From: Alphaproteobacteria bacterium
GTDB taxonomy: Bacteria; Pseudomonadota; Alphaproteobacteria; JAUHZY01
Assembly: GCA_030425825.1 (NCBI GenBank)
Contig: JAUHZY010000002.1
Location: 34,377 to 98,376 of the forward strand
Length of the DNA: 64,000 nucleotides
Direction of reading: 5' to 3'
Under the pieces are notes generated by a model that had not been told where the DNA came from, ran no database searches, and was given only the letters and a program-made list of their open reading frames with translations. Of the stretch, positions 32,736 through 42,724 are shown one piece after another. The stretch's first letter is position 1; each line of letters begins with the position of its first letter. The position numbers and the translations under genes were made by a program.

Positions 32736-35700
32736 ACAACCATGATTCCATCAAGCCAGATATTATAACCTTCTGCAACAGCAAAAGAACGCAGGTCTGA
32801 TACACCGCCTAGAGGGGCAAGACCTGTTTGGTTAACAATCCTGATATTCTGCATGCCTGCACCTAAATTAGCTAAGTCATCCATTTTTATTTCAAATTCT
32901 GTTCCACCGCCATTGACGCTGACAACAAAGCCAACTGCACTGATTGAATATGAACCGCCCCCAAGATTTAAGGAAGATTCATTGAGGTATGAAATATATA
33001 GTATGTCGCCACCGGCTCTTGAGAAGTCAACAATGACATCATTTCCATCACCTACAAGTGACAAGAAAAGATTATCGTATGATTGTCCACCATTAACATT
33101 TATCAAGTCATACTCAAAATGGAATTGGTCTCCGCCTGTTCCGCCATACAACATATCATCGCCGCTATTTCCGTGTATAAAGTCACTACCAGAGTTACCA
33201 TAGAGAATATCGCTACCATCATTGCCAGAAATAAAGTCAGCTCCACTGCCACCAATAATGCTGTCGTTATCATTGTTACCTAAAAGGCTATCGTTTCCGT
33301 CGTCGCCAATAATAGTATCATCGCTATTATCACCAAGTATTGTGTCATTTCCTGCATCTCCACTGATGCTGTCTTCATCATTACCACCACGAATGGAGTC
33401 TGCACCGCTGCCACCAAAAATCGTGTCATCATCATCATCACCAATAATGGTATCATCATCATCACCACCTAAAATACTGTCACGACCACTGCCGCCATCT
33501 ATGGAGTCATTTCCTGAACTTCCGAACAATGTGTCACCACCGCCATCACCAAATAGTGTATCGTCATCATCACCACCATCAAGTGTGTCATCTCCGCTGT
33601 CGCCACCTAGAGAATCATCTCCTGTATTCCCAGCGATGGAGTCATCATCATCCCCGCCATAAAGGGTATCATTTCCTGTTTCACCGGAGATTGTATCATC
33701 ACCGCTGCCACCATTCATTGTGTCATCACCACTACCACCAAGAAGCGTATCATCTCCTGTATCACCAAAGACAGTGTCAAAGCCTGTGTCGCCGTCTAAT
33801 GAGTCATTTCCTGTGCCGCCTCTGATAGAATCCTCATTTGTGCCGCCACCAATTGTGTCATTTCCATCGCCACCATAAAGGGTATCATTTCCATCATCCC
33901 CTTCAATGCTATCATCTCCTGATCCGCCATCAATTGTATCTTGACCGCTGCTACCATCAATCGTGTCATCTCCACTATCGCCATTAATCGTGTCGTCACC
34001 GTCGTCACCGTCTAAGGTATCATTAGCGCTGTTTCCTTGAATAATATTGCTAGCTGTGTTCCCAAACCCATGTTGTGATCCTGTGCTTAGGTAAAGGTCT
34101 TCAATGTCATAGGTTGCTGTGATATTTCCAAGTGTTGCGGAGGTTATGCCCGCTACAACAAGTGCATCTCTTGTGCCTTCACCAGTTAATTCAGTAATAT
34201 TGTCTGTTCCTGAGTTGTCAGCGAAATATGAGTCATTTCCGATACCACCAATAAGCTCTTCTGTTCCGCTGCCACCATTTAGGAAGTCATTTCCGCTGCC
34301 ACCAAGTAATGTGTCATCACCCGATCCACCATTGAGGGTGTCATCACCACTTTGGCCAAGAACGGTGTCATCACCATCTTCACCGCTTAGTGTGTCGTCA
34401 CCATCATCGCCAATAATTGTGTTGTCTCGATCATTCCCGATGAGTTCTAGGTTAGTTCCAACATTAGCGATAATCCATTCAACATAGTCAGCACGTGTTA
34501 ACGCATCAAAGTTGACAGATGCATAGATGCTATCTGTTCCTTCTGCTGCAATTTCAACAATATTTGTGCCACTGTGACCAACATAATAAATGTCGTCATT
34601 CGCACCACCAACCATAGATCCTGCACCTACATTTGATCCAATAAAGGTATCATCGCCAATGCCGCCAATAAGTGTGTTGCTGTTAATTGAGCCATCAAGG
34701 TAATCGTTGCCAGAATTACCGTAAAGGAAGTCTTGTCCACTTGCGCCATAAAGCGAGTCATCACCAGATCCACCATAAGTGGTGTCATCACCAGATCCGC
34801 CATGAAGCGTATCATCGCCTGACTCTCCAGAAATAAGATCATTCCCATCATCACCTAAAACAGAATCGTCACCAATACCAGCATAGACAGAGTCATCAGC
34901 CTCAAGCGCATTTAATACATTATCTTCGTCATTCCCAATAATTGTGTTGGCAAGGTCATTTGCTGTTCCTGTTGTGGCTGTTCCTAGCAATCTCAAACCT
35001 TCAATACGTGGGCTGTTTGTAAGAACACTCAGGTCTATATTGCCATATGACCAAACTTCATCATTCCCACCACCTGCGGTGTCAGTGATCGTGAAGGTTT
35101 TTGAGGGATCAATAATATAAATATCGTCACCAAGGTCACCAATCAGTGTATTTGTTCCAGACATTGCATAGAAGGTGTCATTCCCCCATCCACCAACAAG
35201 TGTATTTACCCCACTATTCCCATCAAGGACGTCATTTCCTGTTGATCCATAAAGGCTGTCGTCATTACTGCCACCATATAATGTGTCGTCATCTTCTCCA
35301 CCGTCTATTGTGTCGTCACCGTCGCCACCAAAAACAGTATCATCGCCAGACCCACCATCTACAGTGTCATCACCGCTATGTCCTAAAACAGTGTCGTCAC
35401 CGCTGTCACCACCAACAGTATCGTCGCCAGACCCACCATAAAGAGTATTGTCTTCTGAGTTTCCTGTGATCATGTTGTCGCCATCATTACCGATACCGAT
35501 GATCCCGTTTCCAAGAAGTGTTAGGTTCTCAATATTAGAAATTGAAGAAAGGTCATAGTCTTGATTAATGGCTTGAACTTCGTCTGTTCCTTCACCAACA
35601 TTTTCTGAGAAGGTGTCTGTCGCAGCACCATTTATGATGTAGGTGTCATCGCCATTGCCGCCAAGAAGGGAGTTAGTTCCACCACCTCCAAACAAGGTGT

Positions 35701-38700
35701 CATTTCCAATGCCGCCAAGTAACGTATCATTTTCATCACCACCATAAAGGCTATCATCACCGTCATCTCCGTAAAGAGTGTCATCGCCAGACCCACTGTA
35801 GACAGTGTCATCACCAGATCCGCCGCTTAAGGTGTCATTTCCGCTGCTGCCACTTATCTCGTCATTTCCACTGTCACCTTCAATATGGCTGTCACCTGTT
35901 TGTCCAAGGATATAGTCATCCCCAATACCGCCAAGAAGGGTGTCATTCCCATCGCCACCAAGGAGTGTGTTGTCGCCATCAACAGCTGAAATATAATTAT
36001 CTAAATCATTTCCTGTAACAGTATGATTTCCTGTGCCCAGTAAGAAAACATTTTCGATTTGTAGTAATGCTGCCGTTGTCAAATCAACATCAGTATCTGT
36101 CGCTTCGATTGTGTCATTACCTGCTAGTTCAACAACCGTATCACCCGCATTATCAAACACGTAATAGTCATCACCAGAATTACCAATCAGAAGGTCAGAT
36201 CCACTACCGCCATCAAGCGTATCATTTGCACTTCCTGCAACGATTGTATCAGTGCCAGAACCCCCATCAAAAGAGTTGTTCCCTGATGTTCCGTAGAGGG
36301 AGTCGTCGCCCGTTCCTCCTCCTAAAGTGTCATCACCACTGCCGCCATGAAGTGTGTCATCATCATCATTGCCTTCCAATGTGTCATCGCCATCATCACC
36401 AGAAATATGATCATTTCCTGTGTTGCCTCGCAAAACATTGTCTAAAGCGTTTCCGAAAATGTTGTTGTCATAACTATTTGCCGTTGCATCAGTCGCTGTT
36501 CCAAGCAAAACAATGTTTTCAACTTCTTCATCGCTGGCGCCTCCTGAAAGGTTAATATCAGAATAGGCATAAACAACGTCTGTTCCTTCGCCAACACCTT
36601 CTTGGATCAGGAGTCCACCAGCAGGGTCAACATAATATGTGTCATTACCATCACCGCCATCAAGTGTGTTGTCACCATTCAATCCATAAAGAACATCTTC
36701 GCCAGACCCGCCATCAAGTGAGTCGTCACCGCTGTCACCATTAAGAGTATCATCACCGCTGCCACCAAAAACGGTGTCATCTGCACTGTCTCCACTTAAG
36801 GAGTTGTCTTCATCATTTCCTGTGATGATATTGTTGACTTCATTTCCTCTTCCGCTGATACCCGTGCCCAGAAGCGTTAAGTTTTCAATGTCCTCACCAC
36901 CAACAAGTGTATAGCTTGAGTTGATGACTTGAACTTCGTCTGTTCCTTCGCCAGGGTTCTCAGAAAAGCTGTTTGTTGCAGAGGGGTCGATAACATAAAC
37001 ATCATCACCAATGCCGCCAACCAGTGAGTTTATACCAACATCACCGATGAGTGTATCGTCGCCAACATCACCGATGAGTGTGTCGTTGTCACCACCACCA
37101 ACAAGAGAATCATTCCCTGTCGAGCCATCAAGCGTATTGTTTCCTGATCCACCATAAAGCGAGTCATCATCTTCACCACCATCAAGTGTATCATCTCCTG
37201 CGCCTGCAGATAAAACGTCATCACCTGTTCCGCCATGTGCTGTGTCGTTGCCGCTGCCACCTAATATAGAGTCATCATTTTCACCGCCCTCTATACTATC
37301 ATCACCATCATTGCCATCTAAGGTATCTTCACCTGTTCCACCACCAAGCGTGTCATTGCCATTTCCACCATCTAGTGTGTCATCGCCCTCATTCCCATCA
37401 AGCGTGTCATTGCCATTTCCACCGTCCAGTGTATCGTCGCCGTCATTCCCATCAAGCGTATCATCGCCGTCATTCCCATTAATCCAATCTTCATCGACTC
37501 CACCAACACCGCTGTCATCACCGCTGTCACCATAAATTGTATTGTTTCCTGATCCACCGAGTATTGTATCATTCCCAGAACCACCGCCTACACTGTCATC
37601 GCCACTGCCACCCATAACAGAGTCATCATCATCACCGCCGCCAAGTGTATCATCGCCTGTTTGTCCATAAAGGGTGTCGTCACCGCTGCCTCCGCTGCCG
37701 CTGTCATCACCGCTGCCACCAAAGATAGTGTCATCATCGTCTCCACCATCTAGTGTGTCATCACCTGTATTTCCAAAAATAGTATCATTTCCGCTGCCAC
37801 CGCCTAGGTTGTCATCACCTGTTTCTCCAAAAACAGAATCATTGCCTGATCCACCACGTAAGCTGTCATCGCCTGTTTGTCCGGAGACCGTGTCGTTGCC
37901 GTTGCCACCGTCTAATGTATCATTCCCATCGCCACCATAGACAGTATCGTCGCCACCTCCTCCTGTGCCAGAATCATTACCTGATCCACCATCAAGGGTA
38001 TCGTTATCTTCACCCCCGTCTAGATAGTCATTCCCAGTGCCACCATCCAGATAATCATTGCCTGATCCACCAGAAACATAATCATTACCCGCTTGGCCAA
38101 GAACAGAATCAATACCATCTTGCCCATCAAGTGTGTCGTTCCCAATACCACCACCTAGCGTGTCGTTATCACCGCCACCTAATAGGATATCATTCCCTGT
38201 ATTTCCTTCGACGCTATCATTTCCATCACCGCCCTGGAGGCTATCGTCACCATCTTCGCCACTTACACTGTCATTACCCGATCCACCGTCAAGTGTATCA
38301 TCACCAGACTTACCGCTGAGTGTATCTTCGCCTGAACCACCAAGGCCAGAATCATCCCCAGAGCCGCCATCAAGTGTGTCATTTCCATTGCCGCCATCAA
38401 GTGTGTCATCATCATTTCCACCATCAAGCGTGTCATTTCCATCGCCACCATCAAGAGAGTCATTTCCGCTCTCTCCTTCAAGTGTGTCATTTCCTGACCC
38501 GCCATCAAGAGTATCATCGTCGTCATCACCTAGGAGGCTATCTTCACCTGTGTTTCCTGACTCATAGTCATTCCCAGAACCGCCATGCAAAGTATCATCA
38601 TCTTCACCACCTTCAAGCGTGTCATTTCCGCTGTCACCAGACAGTGTATCTTCGCCTTCATTTCCTTGGATAGAGTCGTCGTCGTCATTCCCCATCAGGC

Positions 38701-41284
38701 TGTCATCATCTTCACCACCTAGAATGGTGTCATCTCCGTCGCCTCCTGATCCTGTGTCATTACTACTATGTCCAAGGATAAGGTCGTCACCACTTTCTCC
38801 TAGAAGGCTGTCTTCACCGCTGTCACCTTTTAGTGTGTCTTCATCGTCACCACCAAAAAGAGTATCGTCACCGCTGTCGCCGCTGACACAATCGTTCCCT
38901 GATCCACCATGAAGATTGTCATCTCCACTACCACCCAAAACGTCATCATTGCCTGATCCACCGTCAAGAGAGTCACTGCCTGTGCCGCCTTCTAAGACAT
39001 CATTTCCATTACCGCCAAGAAGAGTATCTTCTCCTGTGTTACCTTTTACAGTATCGTCACCATCACCACCATTTGCGCTATCATCACCGCTGCCGCCGAT
39101 GACACTGTCATTCCCACTGCCGCCATCTAGTGTGTCGTCACCATCATTTCCAAAAACGGTGTCATTCCCACTGTCTCCATTGCCGTAATCATCCCCAGAG
39201 TTTCCTTCAAGTGTGTCGTCGCCATCGCCACCACGCACGGTATCATCACCATCATTTCCTGATACGGTATCGTTCCCTGATCCGCCATCCAGTGTGTCAT
39301 CGCCAGTTGCACCTGATAACGTGTTATCTCCAGAGTTTCCTCTAATAGAGTTGTCATCTTCGTTTCCGGTGCCTGTATAGTTAGAAGAACCAAGTAGCGT
39401 AAGGTTTTCGAAGTTATTTGTTAAGGTATAGTCGTTGGCAATTTGGATTTCATCCGTGCCACTATTGATGTTTTCCTGAATGATGTCGCTGATATCAATG
39501 ATGTAAACATCATTTCCTGCGCCACCTGCCAAGGTATCGTTACCATCACCACCATCTAAAGTATCATTTCCTGCACCACCGATAAGAGAGTCTTGACCCT
39601 CATCGCCAACAAGAGAATCATCATCATTGCCACCATCCAGTGTGTCATCGCCGTCACCACCAAGAAGCGTGTCTTCGCCGTCTTCACCGATAACAGAATC
39701 GTTTCCACGACGAGCATTCACAAGATCATCACCAGAAAGTGCCGAAACGACATCATTTCCATTGCCGATGTTTAGTGTATCATCATTTGATGTTCCTACG
39801 ACCGTTGAGTCAGGGTCAGTGTTATCGAGTGTGATGTTGTAGTTATAATTTGCGCGTAATTCAGTCAAGTTTGCTGCGTCAAAGTCAGCACTGGCTATTT
39901 TTTGGTCACGCAGCCTCACAGCTTGGGCGCCACCTTGACCGGATATATGAAGAACAATGTCATCACCATCAGCCTCAACAGAAATAAGATCACTGTCATA
40001 AAAATCAAAAGTGCCATCGCCAAGCTGTACGGTTCTTGCATTTCCTATGTGTAAAACAAGCGCATCATTTTCATAGTCAAAATCAAGGATAAGATCACTA
40101 CCATCACCAGAAATATCATCAAGGTTGCTAATGTCACTATCAGAAACAAAATCTGACATATCATATTCAAACCTGAAAAGATCCTGGTCTTTCCCACCCA
40201 GCAGTGTGTCATTTCCTGCGCCACCGATAAGAGAGTCTTGCCCTTTATCTCCTTGAACCCAATCGTTGCCGTCGCCACCTAGCAGTGTGTCATGATCTTT
40301 TCCACCAATAATGAGGTCATTTCCATCGCCACCATCAAGGCTGTCATTGTCTTGTCCGCCCAGCAAGCTATCATGGCCAAGGCCACCCAATAACGTGTCA
40401 TTCCCAAAGCGCCCTTGGATAATGTCGTGATCAGCACCGCCGTCGGCAAAGTCATCACCAATATCACCAATGATACTGTCGTTGCCACCATCCCCTAGTA
40501 GAGAGTCGTCGTCTTTTCCGCCGCGAAGCGTATCCGATCCATTGCCGCCTAAGACAGTGTCTTGTCCTACATTTCCTTGCAGGTAGTCATTGCCTGTTTC
40601 TCCGTCTAGAAAATCGGCGCCATCTCCGCCAGACTGAATATCTTTTCCGTCGCCGCCACGAAGCGTGTCTCCGTCTTTATCGCCAAAAATAAGGTCATTG
40701 CCGCTATTGCCGTCGATGATGTCGCTGCCTTTTCCGCCACGAATTTTATCATCATCATCACCGCCTTGGATTGAGTCATTGCCGCGGTTTCCTTGCAGAT
40801 AATCTTTTCCTTCTCCACCTTCCACAGTGTCGTTATCGCCGCCACCGTAAATTGAGTCTTTGCCTTTGTTTCCTCTTAGGATGTCATCTCCAGCATTGCC
40901 AAAAATAATATCATTGCCATCGCCGCCATTAAGCTCGTCATCGCCGTCATCGCCATAAATTTGGTCGCCATATTTTCCGCCGTTTAAGGTGTTTTCATCC
41001 AAGTCTTCAAAAACGTCACTTGTGTTGTCGCCAACCAAAAGCTGCGTCCCATTTGCGAAGACAACACTTGGCTGCGTTCCTTCGCCAACAATAGCTTGCA
41101 GTGTGAGGTTGGGGATGAAAAGGCTGCCAATGTTTTTGACAACGAAAAGAGAGCCGTTTTCATTGGGATAAACAGTAACTTCTGAAGCTGTCACATTCGT
41201 TAGGTCAAGAATATCTTCTAGCGGATCAAATCCCAAGACAAGCCAAGGGTTTGCTACAGCAGATGTGAAAAGAATAGTCGACAT
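32732..41284 (-). CDS. Giant (2850 aa) RTX/hemolysin-type Ca-binding repeat protein, probable type I secretion substrate
   Basis: Very many GGxGxDxLx nonapeptides, Asp/Gly-rich, no signal peptide, eight spacer modules and non-repeat terminal domains. Confidence 0.92.
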   Translation of the reverse strand: MSTILFTSAVANPWLVLGFDPLEDILDLTNVTASEVTVYPNENGSLFVVKNIGSLFIPNLTLQAIVGEGTQPSVVFANGTQLLVGDNTSDVFEDLDENTLNGGKYGDQIYGDDGDDELNGGDGNDIIFGNAGDDILRGNKGKDSIYGGGDNDTVEGGEGKDYLQGNRGNDSIQGGDDDDKIRGGKGSDIIDGNSGNDLIFGDKDGDTLRGGDGKDIQSGGDGADFLDGETGNDYLQGNVGQDTVLGGNGSDTLRGGKDDDSLLGDGGNDSIIGDIGDDFADGGADHDIIQGRFGNDTLLGGLGHDSLLGGQDNDSLDGGDGNDLIIGGKDHDTLLGGDGNDWVQGDKGQDSLIGGAGNDTLLGGKDQDLFRFEYDMSDFVSDSDISNLDDISGDGSDLILDFDYENDALVLHIGNARTVQLGDGTFDFYDSDLISVEADGDDIVLHISGQGGAQAVRLRDQKIASADFDAANLTELRANYNYNITLDNTDPDSTVVGTSNDDTLNIGNGNDVVSALSGDDLVNARRGNDSVIGEDGEDTLLGGDGDDTLDGGNDDDSLVGDEGQDSLIGGAGNDTLDGGDGNDTLAGGAGNDVYIIDISDIIQENINSGTDEIQIANDYTLTNNFENLTLLGSSNYTGTGNEDDNSIRGNSGDNTLSGATGDDTLDGGSGNDTVSGNDGDDTVRGGDGDDTLEGNSGDDYGNGDSGNDTVFGNDGDDTLDGGSGNDSVIGGSGDDSANGGDGDDTVKGNTGEDTLLGGNGNDVLEGGTGSDSLDGGSGNDDVLGGSGDDNLHGGSGNDCVSGDSGDDTLFGGDDEDTLKGDSGEDSLLGESGDDLILGHSSNDTGSGGDGDDTILGGEDDDSLMGNDDDDSIQGNEGEDTLSGDSGNDTLEGGEDDDTLHGGSGNDYESGNTGEDSLLGDDDDDTLDGGSGNDTLEGESGNDSLDGGDGNDTLDGGNDDDTLDGGNGNDTLDGGSGDDSGLGGSGEDTLSGKSGDDTLDGGSGNDSVSGEDGDDSLQGGDGNDSVEGNTGNDILLGGGDNDTLGGGIGNDTLDGQDGIDSVLGQAGNDYVSGGSGNDYLDGGTGNDYLDGGEDNDTLDGGSGNDSGTGGGGDDTVYGGDGNDTLDGGNGNDTVSGQTGDDSLRGGSGNDSVFGETGDDNLGGGSGNDTIFGNTGDDTLDGGDDDDTIFGGSGDDSGSGGSGDDTLYGQTGDDTLGGGDDDDSVMGGSGDDSVGGGSGNDTILGGSGNNTIYGDSGDDSGVGGVDEDWINGNDGDDTLDGNDGDDTLDGGNGNDTLDGNEGDDTLDGGNGNDTLGGGTGEDTLDGNDGDDSIEGGENDDSILGGSGNDTAHGGTGDDVLSAGAGDDTLDGGEDDDSLYGGSGNNTLDGSTGNDSLVGGGDNDTLIGDVGDDTLIGDVGINSLVGGIGDDVYVIDPSATNSFSENPGEGTDEVQVINSSYTLVGGEDIENLTLLGTGISGRGNEVNNIITGNDEDNSLSGDSADDTVFGGSGDDTLNGDSGDDSLDGGSGEDVLYGLNGDNTLDGGDGNDTYYVDPAGGLLIQEGVGEGTDVVYAYSDINLSGGASDEEVENIVLLGTATDATANSYDNNIFGNALDNVLRGNTGNDHISGDDGDDTLEGNDDDDTLHGGSGDDTLGGGTGDDSLYGTSGNNSFDGGSGTDTIVAGSANDTLDGGSGSDLLIGNSGDDYYVFDNAGDTVVELAGNDTIEATDTDVDLTTAALLQIENVFLLGTGNHTVTGNDLDNYISAVDGDNTLLGGDGNDTLLGGIGDDYILGQTGDSHIEGDSGNDEISGSSGNDTLSGGSGDDTVYSGSGDDTLYGDDGDDSLYGGDENDTLLGGIGNDTLFGGGGTNSLLGGNGDDTYIINGAATDTFSENVGEGTDEVQAINQDYDLSSISNIENLTLLGNGIIGIGNDGDNMITGNSEDNTLYGGSGDDTVGGDSGDDTVLGHSGDDTVDGGSGDDTVFGGDGDDTIDGGEDDDTLYGGSNDDSLYGSTGNDVLDGNSGVNTLVGGWGNDTFYAMSGTNTLIGDLGDDIYIIDPSKTFTITDTAGGGNDEVWSYGNIDLSVLTNSPRIEGLRLLGTATTGTANDLANTIIGNDEDNVLNALEADDSVYAGIGDDSVLGDDGNDLISGESGDDTLHGGSGDDTTYGGSGDDSLYGASGQDFLYGNSGNDYLDGSINSNTLIGGIGDDTFIGSNVGAGSMVGGANDDIYYVGHSGTNIVEIAAEGTDSIYASVNFDALTRADYVEWIIANVGTNLELIGNDRDNTIIGDDGDDTLSGEDGDDTVLGQSGDDTLNGGSGDDTLLGGSGNDFLNGGSGTEELIGGIGNDSYFADNSGTDNITELTGEGTRDALVVAGITSATLGNITATYDIEDLYLSTGSQHGFGNTASNIIQGNSANDTLDGDDGDDTINGDSGDDTIDGSSGQDTIDGGSGDDSIEGDDGNDTLYGGDGNDTIGGGTNEDSIRGGTGNDSLDGDTGFDTVFGDTGDDTLLGGSGDDTMNGGSGDDTISGETGNDTLYGGDDDDSIAGNTGDDSLGGDSGDDTLDGGDDDDTLFGDGGGDTLFGSSGNDSIDGGSGRDSILGGDDDDTIIGDDDDDTIFGGSGADSIRGGNDEDSISGDAGNDTILGDNSDDTIIGDDGNDSLLGNNDNDSIIGGSGADFISGNDGSDILYGNSGSDFIHGNSGDDMLYGGTGGDQFHFEYDLINVNGGQSYDNLFLSLVGDGNDVIVDFSRAGGDILYISYLNESSLNLGGGSYSISAVGFVVSVNGGGTEFEIKMDDLANLGAGMQNIRIVNQTGLAPLGGVSDLRSFAVAEGYNIWLDGIMVV
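37351..37458 (-). repeat. Near-identical 54-bp tandem duplication inside the RTX gene
   Basis: tgtcattgccatttccacc.tc.agtgt.tc.tcgcc.tcattcccatcaagcg occurs twice in tandem. Confidence 0.75.
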
Positions 41285-41330
41285 TTATTTCCCAACAGCA
41301 ATGACTTAATAACAATGACGCATATAAATA

Positions 41331-41346
41331 TGCAGGAATTGTGCCA
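41331..41346 (-). promoter_or_regulatory. sigma54 (-24/-12) promoter of the giant RTX gene
   Basis: Minus strand TGGCACAATTCCTGCA (GG-N10-GC), about 47 nt upstream of ATG 41284. Confidence 0.75.
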
Positions 41347-41419
41347 AATTTCTTGCTTGAGCTTTGTTTTTAACCAGTTTAAGACTTTTATAATGAGAAA
41401 AAGAATAGGAAGGCGTTAA

Positions 41420-42160
41420 ATGAAGCAAGAGAGCTTGGTGTTAGGCGATAAGAAAATAGCATATTGTCAGTCAAAAGGTGCGTTGCCAGGTGTCATTTTT
41501 CTTGGTGGATTTCAATCCAATATGCAAGGAACAAAAGCATTGGCTTTAGAGCAATATTGTATGGAAAGAAACCATTCTTTTTTGAGATTTGATTATCGGG
41601 GCCATGGAGAGTCTTCAGGAGATTTTCTGGAATGGTCAATTGGTGAGTGGTTGGACGACGCCATTGATGTTTTTGATCACTTAACAAAAGGGCCTCAAAT
41701 TCTAATTGGATCAAGTATGGGGGCATGGATTATGTTGCATCTTGCTTTGCGAAGAAAGCAGCGTATTCAGGCGTTAATAGGGGTTGCCTCTGCGCCTGAT
41801 TTTACACAAAAGCTGATGTGGGATATTTTTTCAGAACAGCAGAAAGAAGACCTTCGAAAAAACGGTTTTGTTGAGATGCCTAATGATTATGACGATCAAC
41901 ATTATCGTATCACAAAAAAGCTAATCGATAATGGTAAAAAGTATCTTTTGTTAGATAAGAAAATAGATTTAGAGTGCCCTGTAAGGTTGATTCACGGGGT
42001 GAAAGACAAAGACGTTCCTTGGTCGTTTTCAACATGTTTATCAGAAAATATAACCTCTAAAGATGTTGAAGTTATTTTACTCGAAAATGGTGATCATCGA
42101 TTGTCTGATCCACTGAGTCTTGATAGGATAACTGAAACGTTAGGACAACTTCTGATATGA
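41420..42160 (+). CDS. Alpha/beta hydrolase (ABHD10-like)
   Basis: RFDYRGHG, GSSMG nucleophile elbow, HG..D..VP, GDHRLS. Confidence 0.9.
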   Translation: MKQESLVLGDKKIAYCQSKGALPGVIFLGGFQSNMQGTKALALEQYCMERNHSFLRFDYRGHGESSGDFLEWSIGEWLDDAIDVFDHLTKGPQILIGSSMGAWIMLHLALRRKQRIQALIGVASAPDFTQKLMWDIFSEQQKEDLRKNGFVEMPNDYDDQHYRITKKLIDNGKKYLLLDKKIDLECPVRLIHGVKDKDVPWSFSTCLSENITSKDVEVILLENGDHRLSDPLSLDRITETLGQLLI

Positions 42161-42675
42161 TAAATAAAAAATTGCCGGTTTATACGCTGGCGTATATTTT
42201 TTCCATTTTCTTTATTAATTGGGGCTTCGTATTTTTTCCAACATTTGAATTGTCGAATGGCACCCCTTGGGCACCTTTCACAATTGTTGTTGGTCTTGTT
42301 TTTATCATACGAGACTTCGCTCAGCGTGAGATAGGTCATTATGTCTTGATTGCGACGTTGATCGGATGTGTTTTGGCCTATTTAACATCCGATCCAGGTG
42401 TGGCAATTGCAAGTGCTGGTGCATTTTTAATCAGTGAAGTTGTTGATTGGGGTGTTTACAGTTTTACAGGTAAAACATTGGCGCAAAGAATATTGATTTC
42501 TAGTGCTGTTGCAACACCTGTTGATACAACTTTTTTCTTGTGGGCAGTGGCGTATTTTTCTCCTGATATTGATGTTGGGGGAGTGTTCCATCTTTTCTCT
42601 ATTTTTGTTATGACAGCAAGCAAGATGATTGGCGCAATCGCTGTTTATTTTATGATAAAAAACAAGCCAAATTGA
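42157..42675 (+). CDS. VUT-family (YhhQ-like, putative queuosine-precursor) membrane transporter
   Basis: Hydrophobic; F..RDFAQREIG, AIAS..AFLISE..DW.VY, P.DT..F; ATGA overlap with the hydrolase gene. Confidence 0.8.
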   Translation: MINKKLPVYTLAYIFSIFFINWGFVFFPTFELSNGTPWAPFTIVVGLVFIIRDFAQREIGHYVLIATLIGCVLAYLTSDPGVAIASAGAFLISEVVDWGVYSFTGKTLAQRILISSAVATPVDTTFFLWAVAYFSPDIDVGGVFHLFSIFVMTASKMIGAIAVYFMIKNKPN

Positions 42676-42677
42676 TT

Positions 42678-42693
42678 TGGCACGTTTTTAGCA
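42678..42693 (+). promoter_or_regulatory. sigma54 (-24/-12) promoter of the flagellin gene
   Basis: TGGCACGTTTTTAGCA (GG-N10-GC), about 32 nt upstream of ATG 42725. Confidence 0.75.
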
Positions 42694-42724
42694 TCTTTAT
42701 ACTTTAAAGCTTTAAGAGGGTGAT

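Noticed and set aside
33222-39842. Numerous Ser/Pro-rich and His-rich ORFs antisense to the RTX gene
   Set aside because: Shadow frames of GGN/GAY codon repeats; no independent RBS or family features
32732-41284. Highly repetitive DNA resembling a CRISPR array or satellite (also 59955-63680)
   Set aside because: Repeats are 27-nt-period degenerate coding repeats of RTX nonapeptides within one open frame; no constant repeat with unique spacers and no cas genes
41346-42157. preQ1 riboswitch upstream of the VUT-family transporter
   Set aside because: The gene is translationally coupled to the hydrolase and no preQ1 aptamer-like motif was recognisable
41420-42160. Each RTX gene neighbours an alpha/beta hydrolase (also 59167-59850), suggesting a dedicated processing partner
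   Set aside because: The two hydrolases belong to different subfamilies and orientations, and neither resembles an RtxC/HlyC acyltransferase; coincidence is more parsimonious
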